Shown in pieces: positions 50,061-58,899 of a stretch of 64,000 bases of DNA. A program made the position numbers and the translations under genes. This DNA comes from an uncultured Pseudomonadales bacterium (lineage in GTDB: Bacteria; Patescibacteriota; Microgenomatia; UBA1400; UBA12108): NCBI GenBank assembly GCA_964502225.1, contig CAZCUC010000003.1, positions 12,782 to 76,781 on the forward strand, given 5' to 3'. Every line of letters starts with the position of its first letter. The stretch's first letter is position 1. Below the pieces are notes generated by a model. That model was not told where the DNA came from and ran no database searches. It saw only the letters and a list, made by a program, of their open reading frames with translations.

Positions 50061-50552
50061 TCACTCAAACGTAATCACTTCGGTCAAATCTTCACTTAGC
50101 CCTGCCCTGCTCAAGTTCAAACTCTTTACCACCCGACTCCCGTGCTCGTAAGCACTGACAAACTTGGCTGTCTGCTCGCCGTATGGCAGGACAAAATATG
50201 GCTCTAGTTTCGCAATCACTTCGATCAGCTCTTTGCTGGCTAGCGTATCTACGCCCAGGATTACCACATCGATATTCTCTAGCTCGCTGATAGTTTTTTC
50301 TGCCAATGCTTTACTCAAATTGCCTAGATAAGCAACGCGCATATCCTCAAACTGCACGACATACACAATATTTTCCTCTGCCTTGTACCCAAATACTGAG
50401 ATCCCCTCTACTTCGTACTCGCCGCTCTGGTTGATTACAAAGTCATCCCCGCCACTCTTGTGCGTGATACTCAGCCGGTTATCCTCGGTCAGCACTGACC
50501 CAGTTTTTGCTCTAATTTTAAAATTGCCTTTGCCGAGATAGCTTATATCCAT
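50061..50552 (-). CDS. metallo-beta-lactamase-fold-like protein lacking the His motif (degenerate)
   Basis: MDISYLGKGNFKIR...VVILGVD...YFVLPYG resembles UPF0173/MBL-fold proteins but H-x-H-x-DH is replaced (KGN); internal start 50552 chosen. Confidence 0.35.
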   Translation of the reverse strand: MDISYLGKGNFKIRAKTGSVLTEDNRLSITHKSGGDDFVINQSGEYEVEGISVFGYKAEENIVYVVQFEDMRVAYLGNLSKALAEKTISELENIDVVILGVDTLASKELIEVIAKLEPYFVLPYGEQTAKFVSAYEHGSRVVKSLNLSRAGLSEDLTEVITFE

Positions 50553-50621
50553 AGGAACATATCGTAGCACAACTTTCGCCCACTTTGCACTATTTACGTC
50601 TTGGGTTTGATGAGTTAAACT

Positions 50622-51065
50622 GTGGCCAAGATGAAAGTAAAAAAAGAAGTCACTGTAGCAGTTGTTATAGGTCTTATCCTCGCTCTCGTCGTCACGGGCG
50701 GCGTACTGCGCGCGCGCCACGCCCTCAAAAACATCAAGCTCCCAACCAAAGACAGTTTCCAGCTCGGACCCAAACCTAGTCCAGAGACCAAATCTACCGA
50801 ACTATTCGTCGAGCTCACAACTCCCGACAATCTAGTCACCGACCAACCCACCATGACGCTCAGCGGCAAAACACTCCCCTCTACCTACATCGCCATCTTG
50901 GCAGAAAAAGGCGAATACCTCATAGTCCCGAGCGACTTGGGTAGCTTTAGTCAGGAGGTAGCCCTCGTCAAAGGTGCCAACACGATCAAGCTCACTATTT
51001 ACCAAAGCAACGGCAACAAAATCGAGAAAACTTTAAACGCAGTGTACACTACCGCACAGTTGTGA
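50622..51065 (+). CDS. hypothetical membrane-anchored/secreted protein
   Basis: N-terminal signal anchor VTVAVVIGLILALVVTGGVL; GTG start at 50622 or ATG at 50631. Confidence 0.45.
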   Translation: MAKMKVKKEVTVAVVIGLILALVVTGGVLRARHALKNIKLPTKDSFQLGPKPSPETKSTELFVELTTPDNLVTDQPTMTLSGKTLPSTYIAILAEKGEYLIVPSDLGSFSQEVALVKGANTIKLTIYQSNGNKIEKTLNAVYTTAQL

Positions 51066-51089
51066 TAGAGTTTAATCTTCAAAAATAAT

Positions 51090-51788
51090 ATGCAGAAAAA
51101 AACCATAATTATCCCCCTTATCGCGCTAACTTGCTCTCTCAGCTCGTTTATCTTCCACTCTAGCGCCAAAGCAGTCACCTCCTCTCCTTCTGCCACCCCC
51201 ACCGTCAACGAATCTGATCTGGGAGAAATCACCGAGAACCTGAAAAAGCGTTTACAAGATTCTTTGACTCCAGCCCAGTCCCCCTCTGTCAGTACCGCTA
51301 GAGCATATATAGGTATAGTCAAAGATGTCATCAAAGATACCCTCATCATCGAAGACAAGGATGGCAAAAAGGATATCAAACTCGATGCCCAAACCAATAT
51401 TCTTCGGACCCCCGGCAACGCCACGATCAAAGTCGACAACATCCGCATCGACGACTATATTATCGCGATCGGCTACCCCCAAGATACCGACATTCTGCTA
51501 GGTAAACGTTTAATTGTCAGCGTCGATCCCATCAAACCACCAACCAAAAATACCGGCCTCGGCACCCTCACCAAAATCGCCAAATCTAGCCTCACCCTCA
51601 AAGTAAATGACACTGAACTAATCCTCACAACTACCGCCAAAACCATCTACAAATCAACTGTGGCCAGTATCGAAGCAAGCGATCTAGAGGTCGGCGACAC
51701 TCTCATCTTCACTTCCCTAGTCGAGAGCGAAAGCAAACAAACCGCAACTACCCTCATGCGCGTCCAGACCGCCGCCCTTGCTCAGTGA
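51090..51788 (+). CDS. hypothetical secreted protein
   Basis: Signal peptide MQKKTIIIPLIALTCSLSSFIFHSSAKA; mature part rich in beta-strand-like repeats. Confidence 0.45.
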   Translation: MQKKTIIIPLIALTCSLSSFIFHSSAKAVTSSPSATPTVNESDLGEITENLKKRLQDSLTPAQSPSVSTARAYIGIVKDVIKDTLIIEDKDGKKDIKLDAQTNILRTPGNATIKVDNIRIDDYIIAIGYPQDTDILLGKRLIVSVDPIKPPTKNTGLGTLTKIAKSSLTLKVNDTELILTTTAKTIYKSTVASIEASDLEVGDTLIFTSLVESESKQTATTLMRVQTAALAQ

Positions 51789-52105
51789 GCTATAATAAGT
51801 CCATGGCCGCTTCTTATCCCGATCAACACATGCAAAAACTCTTGAGTGCTCTCTCCACGCTCAAAACACCAGCGGAACTCGCGCTTTTCTTGCGCGATCT
51901 CATGACAGTCAAAGAGCTCAAAGATATCTCCCAAAGGTGGCAAATAGTCCTACTGCTAGAGCAAAAGCTCCCTTATCTAGAGATAGCCAAGCAAGTCGGG
52001 GTTTCCACGACTACAGTCACTCGCGTCGCCCTGTGGCTCAATCACGGCCAGGGTGGCTACAAAACAGCTCTCGCGCGTTTGCGCACAATCAACAAAAGTG
52101 CTTAA
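51785..52105 (+). CDS. TrpR-like protein, YerC/YecD family
   Basis: LFLRDLMTVKELKDISQRWQIVLLLEQKLPYLEIAKQVGVSTTTVTRVALWLNHGQGGY matches the YerC/YecD pattern. Confidence 0.7.
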   Translation: MSYNKSMAASYPDQHMQKLLSALSTLKTPAELALFLRDLMTVKELKDISQRWQIVLLLEQKLPYLEIAKQVGVSTTTVTRVALWLNHGQGGYKTALARLRTINKSA

Positions 52106-52113
52106 CTATAACC

Positions 52114-52365
52114 ATGATAAAACAGAAACCGACGCTCAACCATGCAGATATAGAACTACTCATTGGAATGATGAAGCTTCACTTTGTCACTCAAGATGGG
52201 TTCGCGCAATTTCGTTCAGATGTCATGGACAACTTTGATAAGCTACTCAAAAATACAACAACTACAAATGAAGAGCTTCTAGTCACACAATCGGTTGTCA
52301 CAAGTCATACTGAGCGTCTAGATAGAATCGACAATCTCATGAACCTACCTTCCCTTGCCATGTAA
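52114..52365 (+). CDS. hypothetical small protein
   Basis: 83 aa from the ATG at 52114. Confidence 0.3.
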   Translation: MIKQKPTLNHADIELLIGMMKLHFVTQDGFAQFRSDVMDNFDKLLKNTTTTNEELLVTQSVVTSHTERLDRIDNLMNLPSLAM

Positions 52366-52411
52366 TTTGTATCCGTAGGGGCGAATCATGATGCGCCCGA
52401 ATATTTAGGTA

Positions 52412-52441
52412 TTGACATTCCTCATATCACCATGGTAACAT
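52412..52441 (+). promoter_or_regulatory. sigma70-like promoter TTGACA-N18-TGgTAACAT (extended -10)
   Basis: Perfect -35 at 52412-52417; TG at 52433-52434; TAACAT at 52436-52441. Confidence 0.4.
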
Positions 52442-52447
52442 GAGAAC

Positions 52448-52574
52448 ATGAAACAAGTTAAGATCTCAATTGCTCTACACCATACCTCCCATACAACCGT
52501 GGCGGGGGTCCTCTTAGGATAAAAAAAAGAAATAATTAGTTTCTTCCCATACCCCGCTCACCAGCGGGTTTTTT
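52448..52574 (+). ncRNA. candidate small transcript / leader carrying a 24-codon ORF (MKQVKISIALHHTSHTTVAGVLLG) and ending in an intrinsic terminator
   Basis: Promoter-to-terminator unit of about 130 nt in a 230-bp gap; the small ORF 52448-52525 has no clear SD; an A8 tract follows the ORF. Confidence 0.3.
52553..52574 (+). terminator. Rho-independent terminator CCCGCT-CACC-AGCGGG + TTTTTT
   Basis: 6-bp GC-rich stem, 4-nt loop, T6 tract; 20 nt upstream of the next start codon. Confidence 0.6.
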
Positions 52575-52594
52575 GTATTAATTAAAGGAAATAT

Positions 52595-52891
52595 ATGAAA
52601 GAAAAATATAGTGACAATACATCACAAAAAGAAGTTACTCTGTATTACGCGTTGATGGCAGGAGCATTACTTCTTGGAGGCATTGGATCTCTGCTTGATA
52701 GGTCAGAAAATAATCTGGCTCAGGCAAAATTAGATCTCATTGCAAATCCAACTACAGCCCCAGAACGTTGTGATCCATACGGCTGTACATTGGTAGAGAG
52801 AAAAGTATGCGATGGCAATAATACAATATTCGATTTTAGTGACGATGTTTGTGAAGATATACTCGTTTGGACAACAAATTACTCAAGGTAA
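52595..52891 (+). CDS. hypothetical small Cys-rich membrane/secreted protein
   Basis: 98 aa with a TM-like stretch YYALMAGALLLGGIGSLL and 6 Cys in the C-terminal half; RBS AAAGGA upstream. Confidence 0.4.
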   Translation: MKEKYSDNTSQKEVTLYYALMAGALLLGGIGSLLDRSENNLAQAKLDLIANPTTAPERCDPYGCTLVERKVCDGNNTIFDFSDDVCEDILVWTTNYSR

Positions 52892-52893
52892 TA

Positions 52894-54006
52894 ATGTCTA
52901 AAACACTAGATCTTACTAAACAACTCGTCGCCATCCCCTCCTGGGTTGGCGCGGGTTGTAATGAAATAGCAGTCGGAGAATTCATCTACGACTGGCTGCA
53001 AGCAAACACAGACCTTTCTGTGATCAAGCAACCAGTCAAAAATGGTCGCTTCAACGTGATCGCTACCGACGACTCCCCTACCACCCTCCTCATCAACGGT
53101 CACATCGACACTGTCGAGGCAGGAGTCAACTGGACGAGTAACCCTTTCCTTCCCACTATCAAAGATAACCGTCTCTATGGTCGTGGCACTACCGACATGA
53201 AAGGCTCCCTAGCGGCCATGCTCACCGCCGTGTCCGAGGTCAAAAACACCAAGGGACTCATGGTGCTCTGCTATATCGACGAAGAATATGACTTTGCTGG
53301 CATGCTCAAGTTTGTCAAAGAGTATAAAGACAAAATCAAACCCCAGCTCGTGGTCTCACTCGATGGCTACGCCGACAAAATTGGCTATGCCTGTCGTGGA
53401 CTCATAGAAGTTCGATTTAAAGTTAGAGGTAAATCCAGCCACGCCGGTAGACCCAGCCTAGGTAAAAACGCAATTCTTCTGGGCACCGAGCTGGTCAATC
53501 AATTAATTCTAAAATTAGAGTCTGACTTTTCGGATCCTGTCCAAGGTCCCTCAACTTGCAATCTCGCCTACTTAAACGGCGGACTCGATCTGGGTAATGG
53601 CAAAGTTGGGCAGGAAGGCAATAATATCGCCGATATCGCTGAGTTAGTCTTAGATATCCGTCCAGCCGTCCCCAGTTTAGACGCTATGCAAGTCGAAGAA
53701 TTAATCACCACTCTCGCCAAAAAGTTGGGTATTCAAATTGAATCTTGGACCACGCGTCACAACTTAGGAGCTTGGTTTACCGACCCAGCAATTCTACAGG
53801 CTCAACTCGATTTGCCAGGCAACTACGAACCCTTTCGTGGCTACGTCGACACCCAGATGCTCTGGCAGTGCTGGGACGGCGTCACTTGTTGTGCCATCGG
53901 TGCTAGCACGCTAGAGTGTGCTCACGCAGTAGATGAATACGTGGAAATAAATAATCTCGAGAAAACCTATTTAAACGTAGTTAAACTTATCAAAAAACAG
54001 GTATAA
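52894..54006 (+). CDS. M20 family metallopeptidase (second ArgE/DapE-type paralog)
   Basis: INGHIDTVEAG and GRGTTDMKGSLAAML M20 signatures; ATG at 52894 preferred. Confidence 0.7.
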   Translation: MSKTLDLTKQLVAIPSWVGAGCNEIAVGEFIYDWLQANTDLSVIKQPVKNGRFNVIATDDSPTTLLINGHIDTVEAGVNWTSNPFLPTIKDNRLYGRGTTDMKGSLAAMLTAVSEVKNTKGLMVLCYIDEEYDFAGMLKFVKEYKDKIKPQLVVSLDGYADKIGYACRGLIEVRFKVRGKSSHAGRPSLGKNAILLGTELVNQLILKLESDFSDPVQGPSTCNLAYLNGGLDLGNGKVGQEGNNIADIAELVLDIRPAVPSLDAMQVEELITTLAKKLGIQIESWTTRHNLGAWFTDPAILQAQLDLPGNYEPFRGYVDTQMLWQCWDGVTCCAIGASTLECAHAVDEYVEINNLEKTYLNVVKLIKKQV

Positions 54007-54014
54007 TCAAACAT

Positions 54015-55229
54015 ATGCAAAAACAAAACCTGCAGACACTTAAAGGTTTCAGAGATTTTTTGCCCGCCGAAGTATACAAGAGGCAATGGGTCAAGGACAT
54101 CATGGTCAAAACGGCCCAGGCCTGGGGCTACGAACCCATCGAGACCCCTACCCTCGAATCGTATTCCGTGTTTAAAGGAGAGATTGGCGAAGACGAAAAG
54201 TTGTTCTACAAGTTTACCGACAATGGTGGTCGAGAAGTCATGCTCCGCTACGACCAAACCGTCCCTACCTGTCGCTATGTCGCGGCCAATCAAAACAATC
54301 TCACTTTCCCCTTCCGCAGATACCAAACCCAATCTGTTTTCCGAGCGGAGAACACCCAGCGTGGACGGTACCGTGAATTTACCCAATTTGATCTCGATAT
54401 TTTTGGGGTTAGCTCCCCCTCCGCCGACGCCGAGGTCATCGCCGTCAACCTCGACACGCTCCTCAAAATCGGCTTTAAAAAACCGGTCATCATTTTTAAT
54501 AATCGCGATCTCATGAAAGACATCCCCTACGACGCCATCGTGGCGATCGACAAGCTCAAAAAAATCGGCCGTGACGGCGTGATTGCCGATATGATCAGCA
54601 AAGGTATCACTGAGGCCGATGCCAACAAATATTTTGATGCTGTAGCCAATATCCAGCCCGACGAGACCATCAAAACTATCACCACTTATCTAGAAAACTC
54701 TGGTTTTGGTCAAGAATACTATCGTTTCGAACCCACGCTCGCCCGCTCTTTCTCCTACTCCCAGGGACCCATCTGGGAACTCGTGATTGAGGACTACACT
54801 GTGGGCTCAATCGGTGGCGGCGAGCGATACGATGGCATGGTGGAGCGTTTAACTGGGCTCAAAATGCCCGCAACCGGCATGGCCTATGGTTTTGACCGTA
54901 CTGTCGAGGCCGCCGATCAGCTAGGACTAATCCCTACCCAAGCCACCAAAACCCAGGCTCTCGTCACCATCTTTGCCCCCACCCTGCAAGGCCAGGCCTT
55001 GAAGGTCGCCTCTCGTCTCCGCGATGCCGGGATCAATACCGAGCTCTACCCTAGTCCCAGCGACAAGCTCGACAAACAGTTCAAATACGCCGACAAAAAA
55101 ACCATCCCCTACGCGGTCATAATCGGTGAAGAAGAAGCCGCAAACAACACAGTCACACTCAAGAATCTCGCCACTCGCGAACAACAAACCATTCCCCTTT
55201 CCGAAGCAATTTCCAATTTGAGTGCTTAG
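54015..55229 (+). CDS. hisS: histidine--tRNA ligase
   Basis: LKGFRDFLP N-terminus, motif 2 FRRYQTQSVFRAE...GRYREFTQFDLDIFG, C-terminal anticodon-binding domain. Confidence 0.9.
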   Translation: MQKQNLQTLKGFRDFLPAEVYKRQWVKDIMVKTAQAWGYEPIETPTLESYSVFKGEIGEDEKLFYKFTDNGGREVMLRYDQTVPTCRYVAANQNNLTFPFRRYQTQSVFRAENTQRGRYREFTQFDLDIFGVSSPSADAEVIAVNLDTLLKIGFKKPVIIFNNRDLMKDIPYDAIVAIDKLKKIGRDGVIADMISKGITEADANKYFDAVANIQPDETIKTITTYLENSGFGQEYYRFEPTLARSFSYSQGPIWELVIEDYTVGSIGGGERYDGMVERLTGLKMPATGMAYGFDRTVEAADQLGLIPTQATKTQALVTIFAPTLQGQALKVASRLRDAGINTELYPSPSDKLDKQFKYADKKTIPYAVIIGEEEAANNTVTLKNLATREQQTIPLSEAISNLSA

Positions 55230-55261
55230 AATTTGTTTAGGATTTTTATATTTGTGTGATA

Positions 55262-56185
55262 ATGGATCCAATGTCCAAAAATCGTCGTGGTGCCTATCTA
55301 GCTTTACTCTACAATGCTCTCGTCTGGGGTGCCGCCTTCCCCATCATCAAACCTGCCCTGAGTATCATTAGCCCCACCCAGTATCTCTATCTCCGCTTCT
55401 TGGTCGCAGGTATCCTCAGTCTCCCTATGTTTATCTGGTGGTATCACAAAGTCCGGCCGACCATGAAAAAACTCTCCCTATATCTGGTCATGGAGCTAGT
55501 CGGGAGCGTCCTCCCACTGCTCATCCTCTACGAAGGGTTAGAGCGAACGGCCGCCCTCGATGCTTCTCTCATTGGTGCGACAGGTCCCATTTTTGTCGTA
55601 CTCGGTGGAGTAATTTTTCTCCATGAGCGACAAGAAAAACGGGAGTGGCAAGGCCTCGCCCTCTCCATGCTGGGCTCACTCATCCTCGTCGCCGAGCCAC
55701 TCATCTTGGGTACCCACACCGATACTCCCTCCTCTAGTTACGGCAATATTTTGATTTTGCTTTACAACGTAGTCTGGGCAGTCTATGCCGTCCTGGCCAA
55801 AAAGATCTACAAAACCCATCCTCCGCTCTACTTTGGGGCCATCACCTATTTAGCTACCGCCCTAGTTTATGGGGGTTTACTCGCCTCGCAAGGAGAATTT
55901 GTACCATTATTTGAGAATTTGAGAATTTGGGATTGGAGAATTATGTTTCCCGTCCTCTACATGGCTACGCTCGGCTCCGTCGTGGCCAATATTTGCTATC
56001 TCTACGCCGCCAGTCGGATCGAGGTCTCCGAAGCCAATCTCTTTACCTACCTCAATGGTGTCGTCGCCATCCCTGCCGCCTATTTCCTCCTAGGAGAGCG
56101 ACCATCCTGGCTCACACTCATTGCCGTCCTCATCATCGCCTACGGCGTCATCCGCGCCGAAACAAGATCAAAATCTCGATTATAA
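55262..56185 (+). CDS. EamA/DMT-family transporter
   Basis: Ten TM helices in two EamA repeats. Confidence 0.7.
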   Translation: MDPMSKNRRGAYLALLYNALVWGAAFPIIKPALSIISPTQYLYLRFLVAGILSLPMFIWWYHKVRPTMKKLSLYLVMELVGSVLPLLILYEGLERTAALDASLIGATGPIFVVLGGVIFLHERQEKREWQGLALSMLGSLILVAEPLILGTHTDTPSSSYGNILILLYNVVWAVYAVLAKKIYKTHPPLYFGAITYLATALVYGGLLASQGEFVPLFENLRIWDWRIMFPVLYMATLGSVVANICYLYAASRIEVSEANLFTYLNGVVAIPAAYFLLGERPSWLTLIAVLIIAYGVIRAETRSKSRL

Positions 56186-56192
56186 TAATAAA

Positions 56193-56221
56193 TTGAGAAT
56201 TCTAAATTCTTCTGGTACAAT
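56193..56221 (+). promoter_or_regulatory. sigma70-like promoter TTGAGA-N17-TACAAT ending 8 nt before the rpmE ATG
   Basis: Seen directly; no SD between the -10 and the ATG at 56230. Confidence 0.35.
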
Positions 56222-56229
56222 ATCCTCCT

Positions 56230-56508
56230 ATGAAATCAGCCATCCACCCCACATACAATCAGATCACGGTCACTTGCTCCTGTGGTGCCTCTTTCCAGAC
56301 TGGCTCCACCAAGGATGCAATCACTGTCGATATCTGCGCCAAATGTCACCCTTTCTTCACTGGTGAGATGCGCTTCGTCGACCAACTCGGCCGCGTCGAG
56401 AAATTCCAGGCCAAACAACGTGCCGCTTCTGGCAAACGCGCCAAAAAAGATCGCAAAGGTTCTCAGTCCGGCCCCCAGACCTTGACCGATATTCGTGCTC
56501 AAGCATAG
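56230..56508 (+). CDS. rpmE: 50S ribosomal protein L31 with C-terminal extension
   Basis: MKSAIHPTYNQITVTCSCGASFQTGST...CAKCHPFFTG L31 zinc-ribbon pattern. Confidence 0.85.
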   Translation: MKSAIHPTYNQITVTCSCGASFQTGSTKDAITVDICAKCHPFFTGEMRFVDQLGRVEKFQAKQRAASGKRAKKDRKGSQSGPQTLTDIRAQA

Positions 56509-56535
56509 CTTATCTCCATACCGTATACTCAATCT

Positions 56536-57573
56536 ATGGCCACCGATCTTGTTGCGCTAATAGCCAAATACGACTCCCTAGTCCAAATGTCAGGTGATCC
56601 AGCCCATGCTACCAATCTGGCAGAAATCGGCGAAGAGCTCGCAGACCTCACCCCCAAAGCCGAGCTAGCCAAAGGGATCATTACACTAGAACAGCAAATA
56701 AAAGAAGCCGAAGAATTCTCAACCGGTAGCGACGAACTTGCCAACCTAGCCAAAGCCGAAATTTATGATCTTAAATCCAAGATCGCAAATCTTAAATCTG
56801 AACTGGCTAATCTCGAAACCTCCGCGGACACCGAGCAAGATAAAAGACCAGCTATCATCGAGTTTCGCCCTGGCGCAGGCGGAGACGAAGCCAAAATCTG
56901 GGCCGCCGATCTCGAGCGGATGTACAAACGCTTTGCCGAAATTGTCGGGATAAAGTATGAGCTGATGGACGAAGGGACCTGGCTCTTTTCCGGGCGTCCC
57001 AGCGACCCCAAGCTCCCTCAGGGCGCCTACGGCCTGTTCAAGTGGGAAAGTGGCGTCCACCGGGTACAGAGAGTCCCCTCGACCGAGTCCCAGGGTCGCA
57101 TCCATACCTCCACGGCCAGCGTAGCCGTCCTCCCCAAAATCGATCCCCAAAAAATTACGGTTCGGGATGAAGACCTCGAATGGCAGTTCTTCCGTGCCGG
57201 TGGCCATGGTGGCCAAAATGTGAATAAAGTCAGCACCGCTGTCCGGCTCATCCACCGTCCTACTGGCATCACCACCGTTTCTACCCAGGAGCGCTACCAA
57301 CAGCGCAACCGCGAAATTTGTCTCGATTTCTTGCGCAGTAAACTTTGGGAGATCCAAGAGGAGGAGCGCATCGCCAAACTCGAGGCTTCCCGCCGCTCCG
57401 CCGTCGGCCGCGGATCCAGGGCCGAAAAGATCCGTACCTACAACTACCCCCAGAATCGCGTTACCGACCACCGGGTCGGCCTCTCCTGGCACAATCTTGA
57501 GGCTATTTTAGAGGGCGACCTCACCGATCTCCTCTTCTCCCTCAACCAAGAAATCAACAAAGAGCCAGTTTAA
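56536..57573 (+). CDS. prfA: peptide chain release factor 1
   Basis: GGQ motif [19 protein letters not shown]; RF1-type PST tripeptide in [17 protein letters not shown] (RF2 would carry SPF); no frameshift site. Confidence 0.8.
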   Translation: MATDLVALIAKYDSLVQMSGDPAHATNLAEIGEELADLTPKAELAKGIITLEQQIKEAEEFSTGSDELANLAKAEIYDLKSKIANLKSELANLETSADTEQDKRPAIIEFRPGAGGDEAKIWAADLERMYKRFAEIVGIKYELMDEGTWLFSGRPSDPKLPQGAYGLFKWESGVHRVQRVPSTESQGRIHTSTASVAVLPKIDPQKITVRDEDLEWQFFRAGGHGGQNVNKVSTAVRLIHRPTGITTVSTQERYQQRNREICLDFLRSKLWEIQEEERIAKLEASRRSAVGRGSRAEKIRTYNYPQNRVTDHRVGLSWHNLEAILEGDLTDLLFSLNQEINKEPV

Positions 57574-57596
57574 TAAGCACAGAGATTCTTTTTAAA

Positions 57597-58763
57597 TCAC
57601 TCCCCCTTTAGCTCGACCTGCAATTTCTTCATTTCTTTATCCCGGTAAACCTCAACCTCCACCTTATCCCCAATCTTCTTCTTGCTCAACAGCTCACTTA
57701 GCCCTCCCTCTACCTCAGACACGCTCTTGCCCTCAAACTTGGTGATAATGTCTCCCTTTACTATCCCGGCCAGAGCGGCCGTAGAATCATCCACCACTTC
57801 TACCACATACGCCCCCGCCGGCACATTGTTTAGGATCCCCTGCTCCTTACTTATCAGCTGGTAGCGCACCCCAAAGAATGGCCGCTCAAACTGGCCGGTC
57901 TCGTTAAAGTTTTTCAAGCTGTCTTTGACTACATTGATCGGGATCGCAAAACCAATATTGTTGGCCGCCTGCGAAACAGCCACATTGACCCCAATTACTT
58001 GACCAGCCGTGTTTAGTAGTGGACCCCCAGAGTTGCCCGGGTTGATCGCCGCATCAGTTTGGATCACATTATCCAGTTTTTCTGCCCCACTAAATCCATT
58101 TCCGGCTGTGATCCCTCGCCCTAGACCAGAGATCACGCCAGTGGTCACCGTGTGGCGGAACTCACCTAGCGCCGTCCCTATCGCCACCACAAAGTTGCCG
58201 ACTTTTAATTTATCCGAGTCGCCCATCTCAATGGCACTAAACTCGCCACTCGAGACCTTGAGGATCGCTAAATCATTCACTGGATCACGCCAAATTTTCT
58301 CTACCTGGTGTTCACTTTCGTCCTTTAGGACTACCTTGTAGTCGCTTGCTTGCCCCATACTCACCACATGTTTATTGGTTACCACGAGCCCAGTCTTATC
58401 CACAACAAATCCACTCCCAATATCGACTTGCTCAATATCTACCTCTCCGCTAGGTCTCGACCCTCTAAACATCCCAAACGGATCCAAAAAGTATTCTTGC
58501 AGTACTGGCTTTTCTCGTTTGTAAGTCACAGTCACCACTGCGGGAGAGACGCGCTCGGCTACTTCGGTCACGGCGCTTTCCTCAGTCAAGATTCTTTGTT
58601 CGACGACACGGCTGTTACCGACTCGCCGTAGGAGACTATCAATCACTGGCATTCCCCATAACTCCTGACTGACTGCACCACCGATAAATACAATCATGAC
58701 AAACATCCCAATCAATATCCCCATTCCCAGTTGATACATCCCCTGACTCTTCATATCCCACAA
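57597..58763 (-). CDS. HtrA/DegP-family serine protease with PDZ domain
   Basis: N-terminal TM anchor; TNKHVV (His), GNSGGPLLN (Ser) catalytic motifs; C-terminal PDZ domain. Confidence 0.85.
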   Translation of the reverse strand: MWDMKSQGMYQLGMGILIGMFVMIVFIGGAVSQELWGMPVIDSLLRRVGNSRVVEQRILTEESAVTEVAERVSPAVVTVTYKREKPVLQEYFLDPFGMFRGSRPSGEVDIEQVDIGSGFVVDKTGLVVTNKHVVSMGQASDYKVVLKDESEHQVEKIWRDPVNDLAILKVSSGEFSAIEMGDSDKLKVGNFVVAIGTALGEFRHTVTTGVISGLGRGITAGNGFSGAEKLDNVIQTDAAINPGNSGGPLLNTAGQVIGVNVAVSQAANNIGFAIPINVVKDSLKNFNETGQFERPFFGVRYQLISKEQGILNNVPAGAYVVEVVDDSTAALAGIVKGDIITKFEGKSVSEVEGGLSELLSKKKIGDKVEVEVYRDKEMKKLQVELKGE

Positions 58764-58899
58764 TATACAAAATCAATTGTTAAAATTCAACCTTGTCACA
58801 TTATGGCAAAAATTGGTGGATGAAATTTTGTCGACATTACAGGCGCGATAGCCGCATGTACCGAAGATCAAAATTTGCGTCCAGCAGTTTTTCAAAGAT

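Noticed and set aside
53967-54386. 139-aa minus-strand ORF overlapping the 5' end of hisS
   Set aside because: It is antisense to the conserved HisS N-terminus (LKGFRDFLP, motif 1) and has no motifs.
56746-57492. 248-aa minus-strand ORF antisense to prfA, and similar long antisense ORFs (58793-59896 plus, 22157-22954 plus)
   Set aside because: They are fully contained in strongly supported genes (RF1, CtpA, PilB). Their Pro/Ser/Arg-rich low-complexity translations are typical of antisense frames in GC-moderate coding DNA.
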